From an uncultured bacterium (GTDB lineage Bacteria; Macinerneyibacteriota; Macinerneyibacteria; Macinerneyibacteriales; DSCS01), in the NCBI GenBank assembly GCA_964548195.1, contig CAZJQC010000002.1:107315-171314 (forward strand): DNA of 64,000 nt. The letters run 5' to 3'. The stretch's first letter is position 1. The number at the start of each line of letters is the position of its first letter. The position numbers were made by a program, and so were the translations under genes. Below, piece after piece: positions 18,620 through 28,112 of the stretch. The notes beneath the pieces were generated by a model, which was not told the origin of the DNA, searched no databases, and was given only the letters and a program-made list of their open reading frames with translations.

Positions 18620-19077
18620 AGATTAAAATACCTCTTTAATTTGATCTCCCACTCTCCGACAGCCCCGCCTATCGAATGCATGTCCACAGATTCAAGGACG
18701 ATCAGAGTATCATCGTTGTTTATTGCCTCGGCTATGGCAAAAAAAACATTTACGGACGCGGTGATGTTGATATTCACGTCCACAGCATTGGGAGAATAGC
18801 GTTTCACCTCGACATTGTCTATCTCCACACCCCTTCTCTTGAATATGGCTATGGTGTCCTTTATGGCCTCCGTATAGGTGAAAAGCGGTATGATCTTGTT
18901 CTGCGTCAATATGGACTGGAGCTCATCATTGCCGTTGACATACTCCCATTCGCTTATCTCCATCTTGATGCGTGCGAGCTCATCATGTTTTTTTTCAATA
19001 TCCCCGGCCATATTCCTTACAAGAAAAATATTCGAAAAGAATATAAATATGATGAGAAGCAATAATGATTTATTCAA
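18616..19077 (-). CDS. pilO: PilO-like pilus assembly protein
   Basis: Single N-terminal TM, coiled coil, about 150 aa; synteny pilM-N-O-P-Q. Confidence 0.5.
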   Translation of the reverse strand: MNKSLLLLIIFIFFSNIFLVRNMAGDIEKKHDELARIKMEISEWEYVNGNDELQSILTQNKIIPLFTYTEAIKDTIAIFKRRGVEIDNVEVKRYSPNAVDVNINITASVNVFFAIAEAINNDDTLIVLESVDMHSIGGAVGEWEIKLKRYFNL

Positions 19078-19633
19078 AAAATCTCACCTTCCCGTTTATT
19101 ATTACCGTTATAAGGCCGCCCTTTTCAATATTCATCTCCTGTATTGTAACATTATATATCTTCAGCCGGTACTCACGGTCGGCAATGATATTATCTATCA
19201 TCTTTTCGATGTCATCCACCCTGTAGCGTGAAACGCCCGCGGACTGGAACTCGGCAGTAAACAGCAGGTCGTCGGAAAGACGTTTGCATTTGATGTTCTG
19301 CAATGACATCCCGGATATCTTGTGCTTCATCAAAACACGAAGAAAACTGCCCACGATGATCTCATGCTTTTCCTTGTTTAACAGGAAGATGATATTATCC
19401 TTTTCCTGGTCCGTAAGCCGCTGGTTCATGGCTTTCTGCTTAAGGTCCGCGTACTGCCGGTCCAGCCTGTTCTTTACCAGGAGACTCCGTCCGAGCATCA
19501 CGCCATATATCAATGTCATGGCGATGGCGACCAGAAGAAGCATGCGGTGGACAATATCCATCTGATGTATCACTATGTTTCGCTTTTTGTTGATGATCCC
19601 CTGTGGATAAAGGTTTATATCAAAAAAATTCAT
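19070..19633 (-). CDS. pilN: PilN-like fimbrial assembly protein
   Basis: Single TM (LLLVAIAMTLIYGVMLG) with periplasmic domain; synteny after pilM. Confidence 0.5.
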   Translation of the reverse strand: MNFFDINLYPQGIINKKRNIVIHQMDIVHRMLLLVAIAMTLIYGVMLGRSLLVKNRLDRQYADLKQKAMNQRLTDQEKDNIIFLLNKEKHEIIVGSFLRVLMKHKISGMSLQNIKCKRLSDDLLFTAEFQSAGVSRYRVDDIEKMIDNIIADREYRLKIYNVTIQEMNIEKGGLITVIINGKVRFFE

Positions 19634-20598
19634 CAGTCGAACAAACCTCCCAGCATCACCGAATAGGTGTTAAAAGAAGCGGCGAACTCTGTCGAGACCT
19701 CGGGGGGAAAAGAATTCCTTATGAGATTGAGATAATTATATTTCTTCACGTTTATCCCAAGCTCATAGCCCATATACCACGACACATCGGGCATGTTCGA
19801 TACCCCGCCCGTAAGTATAAGCTCGCTGAAGACCGCACCCTTATATCTGTTTTCATAAAAGATCAGAGCCCTCTTCACTTCATATATGATCTGATCCAGC
19901 ACCGGGACGATGACTTTAAAACGGCCGGGGCTTCCCCCGGGTTCCTTCCTGCCTTCCAAAATATCAAGCGCCTCGTCGTTTTCAATGCCGTAAATATCCT
20001 TGATATTGCGCAGCATATCGTTGCCGCCCACCGGTATGTCCATCTGAAAATAGTCGCGACTCTTGTCGTATATTATTATATTGCTGTTTTTCCTGCCTAT
20101 ATCGACAAACACTACGGGAGAATACCCGTTGAAATTATAATGGGTGTTCAATAATGAGATCTGCTCTACGGTGATCTTGGTGGGTTCATATCCGGAAAGC
20201 ATAAGTTGCGGGACCCACTTTTCAAAATATTTTCTCTTCACACCGGAGACGATCAACGACATCTTGTCGTCGCTTTCGTCGACAATATGGAAATCCCATA
20301 TAAAGTTGTCATTGGTAAGCTGCAGCACATCCTCATACTCATTCTCTATGATCTGCTTCAGATACTTTTTTTCCACTTTGTTCACTGTAAGCGTCTTTAC
20401 AAATGTCTCGTTAAAAGGGACGATAAAGATGATGTCATCATACTTTCGCCCACCGAATAATTCATCGAACATGGCAACAGCATCGCCGATTGAACCCGAA
20501 TAAGACTTATCACCAAAGTCAGAAAGTGAATAATCCTTATTATCAAACACAAGATATCTTATTGTGTTTCTCGACGGGAATAATATCAACCTATGCAA
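19633..20598 (-). CDS. pilM: type IV pilus assembly ATPase-fold protein PilM
   Basis: Actin-like fold motifs (VVFVDIGRKNSNIIIY, ILTGGVSNM); TTG start at 20598 with AAGGAG 6 nt upstream. Confidence 0.7.
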   Translation of the reverse strand: MHRLILFPSRNTIRYLVFDNKDYSLSDFGDKSYSGSIGDAVAMFDELFGGRKYDDIIFIVPFNETFVKTLTVNKVEKKYLKQIIENEYEDVLQLTNDNFIWDFHIVDESDDKMSLIVSGVKRKYFEKWVPQLMLSGYEPTKITVEQISLLNTHYNFNGYSPVVFVDIGRKNSNIIIYDKSRDYFQMDIPVGGNDMLRNIKDIYGIENDEALDILEGRKEPGGSPGRFKVIVPVLDQIIYEVKRALIFYENRYKGAVFSELILTGGVSNMPDVSWYMGYELGINVKKYNYLNLIRNSFPPEVSTEFAASFNTYSVMLGGLFD

Positions 20599-20618
20599 GC
20601 TTTTCTCCTTTTCTTTTA

Positions 20619-20646
20619 ATTATATCTTAACAAGGGATAATATCAA
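20619..20646 (-). promoter_or_regulatory. candidate sigma70 promoter for the pil operon (-35 TTGATA, 16-nt spacer, -10 TATAAT)
   Basis: Minus strand reads TTGATAttatcccttgttaagaTATAATtaaaagaaAAGGAGaaaagcTTG. Confidence 0.4.
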
Positions 20647-20701
20647 GTCAAAGATACGGGACGCCTGCCTGGGAATATGTTTATGGCAGTGACCCTTTTT
20701 G

Positions 20702-21673
20702 TCAAACGTCGATTATACCCACTGCCTTTCGCACCGAGGCAAGTGTTTCCGATGCCTTTTCGGAGGCACGGCGTGCGCCCTCTTTCAATATTTCATCCAC
20801 ATATTCCTTATCCGCAGCGAGTTCCTCTCTCTTGCGTCGGAACGGGGCAAAATATTCGTCTACTTTGGCAAAGAGTTCAAGTTTTGCATGGCCGTATCCG
20901 TATCCTTTGCTGCGGTACTTTTCGCGCATCTCAGCGATCTCAGACGCATCGGCAAAATATTTGTACAAGGCAAAGACATTGCATTTGTCCGGATCCAGTA
21001 TGTCATCAACGGAAGCGGAATCCGTGACTATACTCATAATCTGTTTCTTTACCGTCTTTAAAGGCACAAAGATCTCTATCGTATTATCGTAGCTTTTGCT
21101 CATCTTTCGACCGTCTGTGCCCGGTATCACGGCCACATCAGCGTCTATCACGGGCTCGGGAACGATGAGTATGTCTCCAAATATATTATTGAACTTTAAA
21201 GCGATGTCCCGCGTGATCTCCACATGCTGTTTTTGGTCCCTGCCCACGGGAACGACATCCGCAGCATAAAGCAATATGTCGGCTGCCATTAAAACGGGAT
21301 AGCTGAAAAGGCCGTGGTTGATATTTTTTTGTTTCGCCACGGCATCCTTGTATGCATGAGCCCGTTCCAGAAGCCCCATAGGCACATAATTCGACAGTAT
21401 CAGAGTCAGTTCGGCCACTTCCCTCACGCTGGACTGCAAAAAAAGCGTGGTGCGCATGGGGTCGAGGCCAAGCGCCATATAGTCCAGCAGTATATCCCTT
21501 GTGTTCTCACGCAGGCGGTCGGGCTCCGGGTGTGTGTTAAGCGCATGATAATTGGCAACAAATATGTATGACTCCTCCGCCCTGTTCTGATGGTCGATAA
21601 AACCTCTCACCGCCCCCAGATAATTTCCAATATGCATCTTGCCGGTGGGCTTGATGCCTGACACCACTCTCAT
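20702..21673 (-). CDS. trpS: tryptophan--tRNA ligase
   Basis: HIGH-like GKMHIGNYLG and KMSKS motifs; 323 aa. Confidence 0.9.
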   Translation of the reverse strand: MRVVSGIKPTGKMHIGNYLGAVRGFIDHQNRAEESYIFVANYHALNTHPEPDRLRENTRDILLDYMALGLDPMRTTLFLQSSVREVAELTLILSNYVPMGLLERAHAYKDAVAKQKNINHGLFSYPVLMAADILLYAADVVPVGRDQKQHVEITRDIALKFNNIFGDILIVPEPVIDADVAVIPGTDGRKMSKSYDNTIEIFVPLKTVKKQIMSIVTDSASVDDILDPDKCNVFALYKYFADASEIAEMREKYRSKGYGYGHAKLELFAKVDEYFAPFRRKREELAADKEYVDEILKEGARRASEKASETLASVRKAVGIIDV

Positions 21674-22131
21674 CCCTCTTCCCCCAAATTCCGGAGAGCC
21701 TCCATGACCATCATATTGACCGTCTTCCCGTCCGCTCTTCCGCCTGTTTTTTTCATCACAAGCTGCATCACACGCCCCATGTCAGAAGGGCCGGAGGCTC
21801 CGGAGCCGGCAATGCACTCGCGGACGATCACGGCGATGTCCTCATCGCTCATCTCATCCGGCAGGTATTTTTTCAACACGGCCATCTCCTCTTTTTCCGC
21901 TTCGGCCAATTCGTCCCGTCCGCCCTTCACATACATATCAATTGCTTCTTTTCTTTTTTTAACGGACCTTTTGATCACGGCGACCACCTCGTCGTCCGCG
22001 ATCTGCGAACCCTTCTCGATCTCCGCGTATTTGATGTCGGACAAAAGAAGTCTTATGGTACTGACGGTGACGCTGTCTTGGGCTTTCATCGCCGCTTTCA
22101 GTTCGGCCGCAAGTGTCTCAGTCAGTCTCAT
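21670..22131 (-). CDS. yqeY: GatB/YqeY domain protein
   Basis: YqeY-like N-terminus AAELKAAMKAQD; ATG at 22131, 5 nt after AAGGTGA. Confidence 0.8.
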   Translation of the reverse strand: MRLTETLAAELKAAMKAQDSVTVSTIRLLLSDIKYAEIEKGSQIADDEVVAVIKRSVKKRKEAIDMYVKGGRDELAEAEKEEMAVLKKYLPDEMSDEDIAVIVRECIAGSGASGPSDMGRVMQLVMKKTGGRADGKTVNMMVMEALRNLGEEG

Positions 22132-22393
22132 GAGAGTCACCTTTATCAAGCTTGGCGTTCGTCATCACTTCCATCGCGTCCCTAAACTTATTCCAAAAAC
22201 CGAATATATCCTCTTCAAATACCATTATCCTCGTCCTCTCAAAGGACCCGTCCTCTTTTTTCCGGCTTTCATTGAGGACAATATATTTTTCTCCCTTTTT
22301 TGTCATCTTGACATTAAAGAAATATGTCCTCCTTCCCGCGCGAAGTTTTGTCGTATAAAACTCGTTACTTCCATCCATCTCTTTTTGGCTCAT
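22118..22393 (-). CDS. PUR-alpha-like (DUF3276-type) small nucleic-acid-binding protein
   Basis: 91 aa; RTYFFNVKMTKKGEKYIVLNESRKK resembles the bacterial Pur-alpha repeat; ATG 22393 lies 5 nt after AAGGAGGG and 1 nt after the mtaB stop. Confidence 0.5.
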   Translation of the reverse strand: MSQKEMDGSNEFYTTKLRAGRRTYFFNVKMTKKGEKYIVLNESRKKEDGSFERTRIMVFEEDIFGFWNKFRDAMEVMTNAKLDKGDSHETD

Positions 22394-22394
22394 T

Positions 22395-23618
22395 TCAACC
22401 CTCCTTGACTGCGCTGTCCTCAGACACACAGCCGCATATTCCATCCTCGATGCCGCCGTCCAGCAAAACGCTGACTATCTCCCCTGTATTAAAAACCCCT
22501 TTTACGGTGGTCCTCAAATACTCCGAACTGTAGCCTGTCCCGTATCCGTCTCCGCAGTCCTCGATGAGGACTTCGGCGGCACACCCCTTCAGGGACAATA
22601 CGTAGTCAGCCAGTGACGCACGGGCCTTTTCAGCCGCCTTTGCTGCTCTGCCGCCTACGATGTCGGGATGGACCCGATCCTCCATATCCCAGGCCGCCGT
22701 TCCGGGCCTCGGGGAAAAAGGAAAGACATGCACCCTGTGGAAACGGGCATATTCGATCATCAAAAGAGACCTTTCAAAATCCGACTCCGTCTCCCCGGGA
22801 AAACCCACGATCAGGTCTGTTGTAAGTCCGATATTCGGGACGCGCTCCCTGATCCGGTCAGTCATGCGCATGAAGGCCGCTGAATCATAGGGCCTGTTCA
22901 TGGCATCGAGCACGGCATCGCTCCCGCTCTGCAGCGGGATGTGCAGATGATGCATGAGCTTGGGGTCGCTCACCATCATATCAAGCAGCCGGTTGTCGAC
23001 CTCGTTGATCTCTATCGAAGAAAGCCTGATGCGCTCCACATCCGGCAAGGCGGATATTCTGGCGATTATATCATTAAGTTCCTTGTTTCTTCCAACATGA
23101 ATGCCGGTAAGGACGATCTCACGGTATCCGTTCCCGGAAAGCCGCCGGGCCTCGTCTATAACAGTCTCTTTATCGCAGTCACGCTGCTTTCCTCTGACAT
23201 AAGGAATAATGCAATATGAACAAAACTGTTCACATCCGTCCTGTATCTTTATAAAAGCCCTGCTCCTGCCTGTGAAAGTCTCCAGCTCCTCGGAGTGATC
23301 TATGCCGAAAATCGCGAGCAGAGCCTCCACCTTTCCGCTGTTGCCCACGGTGACGACGTTTTCTGGAAAACCTCCCCGCTCTGCAAGGCATCCGGCCGCT
23401 ATCACGGTCATATCAGGCCTTTCCCTTAACACCTTGCGGATCAATCTTCTGTTTGAGGATTCGCTTTTTTTCGTGACCACACATCCGTTTAAAATAAAAC
23501 AATCTGCTTCACTCCATTCAGCGACCGGGACATGGCCGTTTTTCCTGAGACTGGCGTCGATCTTCTCACTTTCATACCTGTTGACCTTGCATCCGTAAGT
23601 ATAGATACAATATTTCAT
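22395..23618 (-). CDS. mtaB: tRNA methylthiotransferase, MtaB-like (radical SAM, MiaB family)
   Basis: N-terminal UPF0004 cysteines (YGCKVN...C...C) and radical-SAM CxxxCxxC (CEQFCSYC). Confidence 0.8.
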   Translation of the reverse strand: MKYCIYTYGCKVNRYESEKIDASLRKNGHVPVAEWSEADCFILNGCVVTKKSESSNRRLIRKVLRERPDMTVIAAGCLAERGGFPENVVTVGNSGKVEALLAIFGIDHSEELETFTGRSRAFIKIQDGCEQFCSYCIIPYVRGKQRDCDKETVIDEARRLSGNGYREIVLTGIHVGRNKELNDIIARISALPDVERIRLSSIEINEVDNRLLDMMVSDPKLMHHLHIPLQSGSDAVLDAMNRPYDSAAFMRMTDRIRERVPNIGLTTDLIVGFPGETESDFERSLLMIEYARFHRVHVFPFSPRPGTAAWDMEDRVHPDIVGGRAAKAAEKARASLADYVLSLKGCAAEVLIEDCGDGYGTGYSSEYLRTTVKGVFNTGEIVSVLLDGGIEDGICGCVSEDSAVKEG

Positions 23619-24358
23619 TAAAAATCTCCGAATCTGCTGGTCACCAGCGATATCATCTTGATCGCGGCAGTCTCCGTTTTCAAGGTATACTCACCGAGGG
23701 AAGTCGGCAAAGCGCCTTTTCGCACAAGAAAAGACTCTTCATCACTTGTCAACCCTCCTTCGGGGCCGACCAGTACGGTCACGTCGCAGTACGATCCCGA
23801 AATGTTTGTGGCGGCATCCCCGCCGCCGAACGCCAGCAAAAGGATTCTATCCGCTGGACGGCCTTCAGTAAACAGTTTTTTTATTTCCACCGGCTCAGTG
23901 ATCTCCGGAAGGTAAAGACGTTTTGACTGTTTCATGGCCGCCGCCGCGACCTTTACAAACCGGGCTGACTTTTTGTGAGCTCCCTTTGTGAAATCCCGGT
24001 TTCTTTCCGTGACAAGCGGGACAAAACGCGTGACGCCCAGCTCCGTCCCCTTTTCGATAAGCCATTCCCACTTAGACCGCTTTGTTATTGCAAACGCGAG
24101 GGTGAGTGATACCGGATAATGCGGGACATGTTTTTCAGCGACAGCTACGGCACGCACGCCATTCTTGTCCGCGGCAATCATTCGGCATGAGACACGGCGG
24201 CCTTTCCCGTCGGTGAAGTCCGCCATATCGCCAGCGTTGAATCTCATGACAGATATGTGCCTGACCTCTTCCGCGTCTGACAATTCAAACTCCTCGCCTT
24301 CGGAAGGCAGGTCCCTGTAATAGAACAATCTTTTCAAAGCGGTCGCTCCGGAGCCCAT
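23618..24358 (-). CDS. rsmE: 16S rRNA (uracil1498-N3)-methyltransferase
   Basis: PUA-like N-domain plus SPOUT domain with LVGPEGG motif; 246 aa. Confidence 0.8.
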   Translation of the reverse strand: MGSGATALKRLFYYRDLPSEGEEFELSDAEEVRHISVMRFNAGDMADFTDGKGRRVSCRMIAADKNGVRAVAVAEKHVPHYPVSLTLAFAITKRSKWEWLIEKGTELGVTRFVPLVTERNRDFTKGAHKKSARFVKVAAAAMKQSKRLYLPEITEPVEIKKLFTEGRPADRILLLAFGGGDAATNISGSYCDVTVLVGPEGGLTSDEESFLVRKGALPTSLGEYTLKTETAAIKMISLVTSRFGDF

Positions 24359-25335
24359 ATACCCTTTTCCGTCACAATGGCCGTTATATTCTCATACGGT
24401 GTGACATCAAAAACAGGATTATAGCAAATCTGTCCGTCCGGGGAAATCTTTTTCTCGCCTATCATCAGGATCTCCGAAGGATCACGTTCCTCTATCTTTA
24501 TATCCGCACCGGAATCCAGAGAAAGGTCAAAGGTGGAATACGGCGCGGCGACAAAAAACGGAATGGAATGGTGGCGGGCAAGGACTGAAAGGGAATAGGT
24601 GCCGATCTTGTTGGCCACATCGCCCCGCGCGGTGATACGGTCCGCGCCGACGATCACACAATCCACCTTCCCTGCCGACATCACAAGGCCGGCCGCCGAA
24701 TCGACTATAAGCGTGGTCTTTATGCCCGCTTTTCCAAGCTCCCACGCAGTCAGCCGGGCGCCCTGAAGCCAGGGTCTTGTCTCATCGATCCATACCGAGA
24801 CTTTTTTCCCGGATTCATGGGCCACATACACCCCCGACAACGCCGTGCCGTAAGCCGCGGTCGCAAGAGCACCCGCGTTACAATGGGTCAGCACTTTTGT
24901 GTCATCGCCGAAAAACTGCTGCATGTTAAGGCCTATGTTTTTACACATGTCCTCATCTTCCATGGCTATACGCCAGGCCTCTTCCAGAAAGCGTTCATAT
25001 ACAGCGGACAAAGACTCTGATCTCAGATAGACGTTCATCATGCGCTTTACAGCCCAGGCTATGTTCACGGCTGTCGGGCGTGTCTCAATAAGAGCCGCAG
25101 CCGCCCTTTCAATCAGCGCATGATCAGAGGACTTGGAGGCTTCGGCGGCCGCCAGGACCATGCCGTAGGCCGCCGCAATACCCATGACGGGAGCACCTCG
25201 TACCGCCATCGTCCGGAGAGCATCCGAGACCTGCGGCCACCGGCACGCGGATATCCTCACTTCCTGTTCCGGAAGCAGCCGCTGATCAAGTATCTCCAGG
25301 CGCCCGGCCACCCATCTTACGGGTTCCAGTCTCAT
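24334..25335 (-). CDS. mtnA: S-methyl-5-thioribose-1-phosphate isomerase (eIF-2B alpha/beta/delta family)
   Basis: LEILDQRLLP N-terminus, GADRI...NKIGT core and catalytic Cys/Asp region. Confidence 0.8.
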   Translation of the reverse strand: MRLEPVRWVAGRLEILDQRLLPEQEVRISACRWPQVSDALRTMAVRGAPVMGIAAAYGMVLAAAEASKSSDHALIERAAAALIETRPTAVNIAWAVKRMMNVYLRSESLSAVYERFLEEAWRIAMEDEDMCKNIGLNMQQFFGDDTKVLTHCNAGALATAAYGTALSGVYVAHESGKKVSVWIDETRPWLQGARLTAWELGKAGIKTTLIVDSAAGLVMSAGKVDCVIVGADRITARGDVANKIGTYSLSVLARHHSIPFFVAAPYSTFDLSLDSGADIKIEERDPSEILMIGEKKISPDGQICYNPVFDVTPYENITAIVTEKGIWAPERPL

Positions 25336-27242
25336 TTTTTCTCCTTGTCCCTGTCACCGAACCATTCTTTTAACTTTGCGTTCAGACCGGGGTCGGAAGA
25401 CATGTTTTTCTTTATCGCCGCTATTGACGCCTCATCCCACAGGACTTCAAACACCCGCTTTTTATCAAAGCCTTTAAGAGAGGCCCTGCCGGCCAGGCGA
25501 AATGCCAAATTTTTTCTCATGCTTTCATCATAGTAGATATAATAGTAGTCTTTTCCTAACATGACGGGCTTAAGCCCCAGTTTTTTCTTGAGATCATCAA
25601 AAGTCTCTCCGTCCAATGCGATGCCCACATTGAAAAGGTCACCTTTTTCATTGATGTCCACTTTTCGCATTATGCCATCGCGTTTTTCAGTCTCGCCGTC
25701 ACTGATCCTGTCGGCGATCCTGTATGTCGGCCCGTGGAACACCTCGATCAGCCCGTCACTTCCGAATTCCGCCGCCCTTTTTGAACTGGAAAGTCTCGAC
25801 GCCAGGTTGACGGTGTCGCCTATTGCGGTAAAGTTTCCAAGCTGTGCCATCATCACCTCGCCCGTTGCTATGCCGATCCCCACGTCTTCAAAATCAACCG
25901 TCTTTTTTACGCTGCGGAAATGCTCATACATCGATATGGCGGCCCTTACGGCATTCAGCGACGCGAACCTCACATCGTCTGAAACAGGAAAAATAGCCAT
26001 CAGGCCGTCACCCATAAGCTTATCTATATTACCCCCGTTTCCACCGATGATCTCAGGGGCCGGATCAAAGATCTCCCTTAACTGCCGTACAGTCTCCTCA
26101 GGGCCGAGAAATTTTGTCCTGGCCGAAAAATTGCGTATATCCAGGAAAAAGACGGACGCCTGGACGATACGTCTGTGAGTCACACGCCCCTTTTCAAACC
26201 AGAAAAGACGCCCGTGCGCGAAGTCCTGATTCAGCCTCTCGGCCGTGGCGCCACCCTGCATCCGTACGATCTTTTTTCTGTGATGGCTCAATATCCTGTG
26301 CCGTTTGAAGGATATCAGCATGTCGTAATAAAGGTAAAGGATCTCCTGAAAAGATATCCTCAGTTTTTCCTGCTCGCTTTTTAAAACGGGGTTTTTTGAA
26401 AGGGCGCTCATAAGAGGCTCGCTGCTCAAAAGCATCTTTGCCACTTTCAGGTCTTTTGCCGCCCCCTCGGCGCTTATCCTTTCCGTCAATCCCAGCCTTG
26501 CGACAAGTGAGTCATAATAGCGGTTCTTCCTGAACTCCTTCAGTTTTTTATCCAATACGGACTCTATGGCGTCAAAGCTCTGGGCCGAGATCAAAAACCT
26601 TGAGTTTATGCGCTTTGACGACAGCGGGAAGAGTATGTCGCGGGGAGGAGTGCTCTCAGAGACCCCGAAAAAAGCCAGCTGGTCTCTTATGGAATGTTCC
26701 ACAAGGCCCATATTCATATCCTTGTAATTTTTATCGTATATAAACGGAAATTGGTTTTTAAACAGCGTCATGGTCCGTTTCAAAGCCGAGTTGTGGATAT
26801 CGTATACTATGCCGTTCAGGAGATACTTGCTGTCGTCATCACCGAAACGGTTGATCACCGCCCTGGAAAAAAGATCGCTTAATGCGATGAAAAACAGATT
26901 GAGAAGCGCCCCCCGGTCATCGTTCCTCATGACAGTATAGATAAGATCCGAAAGATTGTTCTTGTAGGCGTATTCCGGCCGGGAGGAAAGGTCTCCGTCA
27001 TTACGCCTCACAGTCCCGAATTCCTCTTTCATCCTGTATCTTTCATCATTGGAAGACGATCTCAGATGAGACACAAGCTTGTCCGTGAGAAAGACAAACT
27101 GCTCGTTAAAGTATACGGGATAATTAGATATGCCCATACGCCCTGATGGTTCCGGGATGGCGGGAAAAGGTTTTTTAAAGACATATGTCTTCTCCCCCTC
27201 GTTCAAAAACGATGTGTTCATCCCGTCAAATATATCTTTCAT
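25332..27242 (-). CDS. class III adenylate/guanylate cyclase domain protein with novel ~340-aa N-terminal domain
   Basis: Cyclase motifs VFFLDIRNFSARTK (metal Asp), KLMGDGLMAIF (second Asp), VGIGIATGEVMMAQLG...GDTVNLASRLSS; 636 aa; 4-nt overlap with mtnA. Confidence 0.75.
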   Translation of the reverse strand: MKDIFDGMNTSFLNEGEKTYVFKKPFPAIPEPSGRMGISNYPVYFNEQFVFLTDKLVSHLRSSSNDERYRMKEEFGTVRRNDGDLSSRPEYAYKNNLSDLIYTVMRNDDRGALLNLFFIALSDLFSRAVINRFGDDDSKYLLNGIVYDIHNSALKRTMTLFKNQFPFIYDKNYKDMNMGLVEHSIRDQLAFFGVSESTPPRDILFPLSSKRINSRFLISAQSFDAIESVLDKKLKEFRKNRYYDSLVARLGLTERISAEGAAKDLKVAKMLLSSEPLMSALSKNPVLKSEQEKLRISFQEILYLYYDMLISFKRHRILSHHRKKIVRMQGGATAERLNQDFAHGRLFWFEKGRVTHRRIVQASVFFLDIRNFSARTKFLGPEETVRQLREIFDPAPEIIGGNGGNIDKLMGDGLMAIFPVSDDVRFASLNAVRAAISMYEHFRSVKKTVDFEDVGIGIATGEVMMAQLGNFTAIGDTVNLASRLSSSKRAAEFGSDGLIEVFHGPTYRIADRISDGETEKRDGIMRKVDINEKGDLFNVGIALDGETFDDLKKKLGLKPVMLGKDYYYIYYDESMRKNLAFRLAGRASLKGFDKKRVFEVLWDEASIAAIKKNMSSDPGLNAKLKEWFGDRDKEKK

Positions 27243-27243
27243 G

Positions 27244-27795
27244 TCAGCATCCCCCGGTAGAGTTTAATGTCCTGATCGAAGTATAAACCGGCCCCGACGG
27301 CCGCAAGACACTGCTGAAAAGATGCACGGATCTGATGACAGTGTTTATCGTCGTCATCGGTATGGCGGAAGCCGCTTTTTGAAATGCTTCCGACCCCAGA
27401 TGCGACAAGGGCCTGCCCAGTGTTATGTGGGGATGAAAAGGCCGCTCTTCGCGGGGGATGCCTCCTGAATATAGAAGGGCATTGATTTTACAGGCGAGGT
27501 CCGAGCACTCCCCACCGTCCCTTATGTCCGATTTTATCACCCTTACTCCGTTCCGTCCGCAGAAGCATCCCGGACGAAGCCTGACCCCGCAGGCTATATC
27601 TTCAAAGACAAGCGGAGACAGCATCGCGGCGACAGCCTCCGGGTCCCTGATCTCGCCAAGAAACCGGAATGTCATATGAAGCTGTTCCTTCTTCACCCAT
27701 TTCACCCCTTCTATCGTCTCATCCAGCCGCTTTAAAACACCGTCCAGGGCATCCGCGACATCATCTTCAAACGATGCCGCCACAAACAGTCTCAT
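27244..27795 (-). CDS. thpR: RNA 2',3'-cyclic phosphodiesterase (2H phosphoesterase, LigT/ThpR)
   Basis: Two H-x-T-x motifs (HMTFRF and HITLGR); 183 aa; stop 2 nt before the cyclase start. Confidence 0.75.
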   Translation of the reverse strand: MRLFVAASFEDDVADALDGVLKRLDETIEGVKWVKKEQLHMTFRFLGEIRDPEAVAAMLSPLVFEDIACGVRLRPGCFCGRNGVRVIKSDIRDGGECSDLACKINALLYSGGIPREERPFHPHITLGRPLSHLGSEAFQKAASAIPMTTINTVIRSVHLFSSVLRPSGPVYTSIRTLNSTGGC

Positions 27796-28112
27796 CAGCC
27801 GGACGTCCTCTTTAAAAACTTATAATTCATAAAAGACAACGCGGAGAGGGCCAGGGACATCGCAAACACCCCTGCGACCATGAGACGCATCGTCTCATAA
27901 TTGCCCAGGCGCAGCAGTCTGGAAAGCGTCTTAAGAGAGCACAAGAGCATAAAAAGCGACATGTCAAAGACAAGCGAAAGCCTGAAAATGCCGGCAACGA
28001 TCTTCTGGAAGAGATTATCACCGGAGGAAAATCTGACAGACAACAGCACAACCACTGCGGAGACTGCAAAATAAAGGGCCAGCACCCCGTAAAACAATAA
28101 CATTTTATCCAT
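27795..28112 (-). CDS. small hypothetical membrane protein (3 TM)
   Basis: Hydrophobic 105-aa ORF; the alternative overlapping frame is Cys/Trp-rich and rejected. Confidence 0.4.
   Translation of the reverse strand: MDKMLLFYGVLALYFAVSAVVVLLSVRFSSGDNLFQKIVAGIFRLSLVFDMSLFMLLCSLKTLSRLLRLGNYETMRLMVAGVFAMSLALSALSFMNYKFLKRTSG

Noticed and set aside
25332-27242. The cyclase as a CBASS or Pycsar antiphage cyclase.
   Set aside because: The class III cyclase has a large novel N-terminal domain and is translationally coupled to housekeeping genes (mtnA, rsmE, metG). There is no effector (TM, TIR, nuclease, patatin) or CD-NTase fold adjacent.
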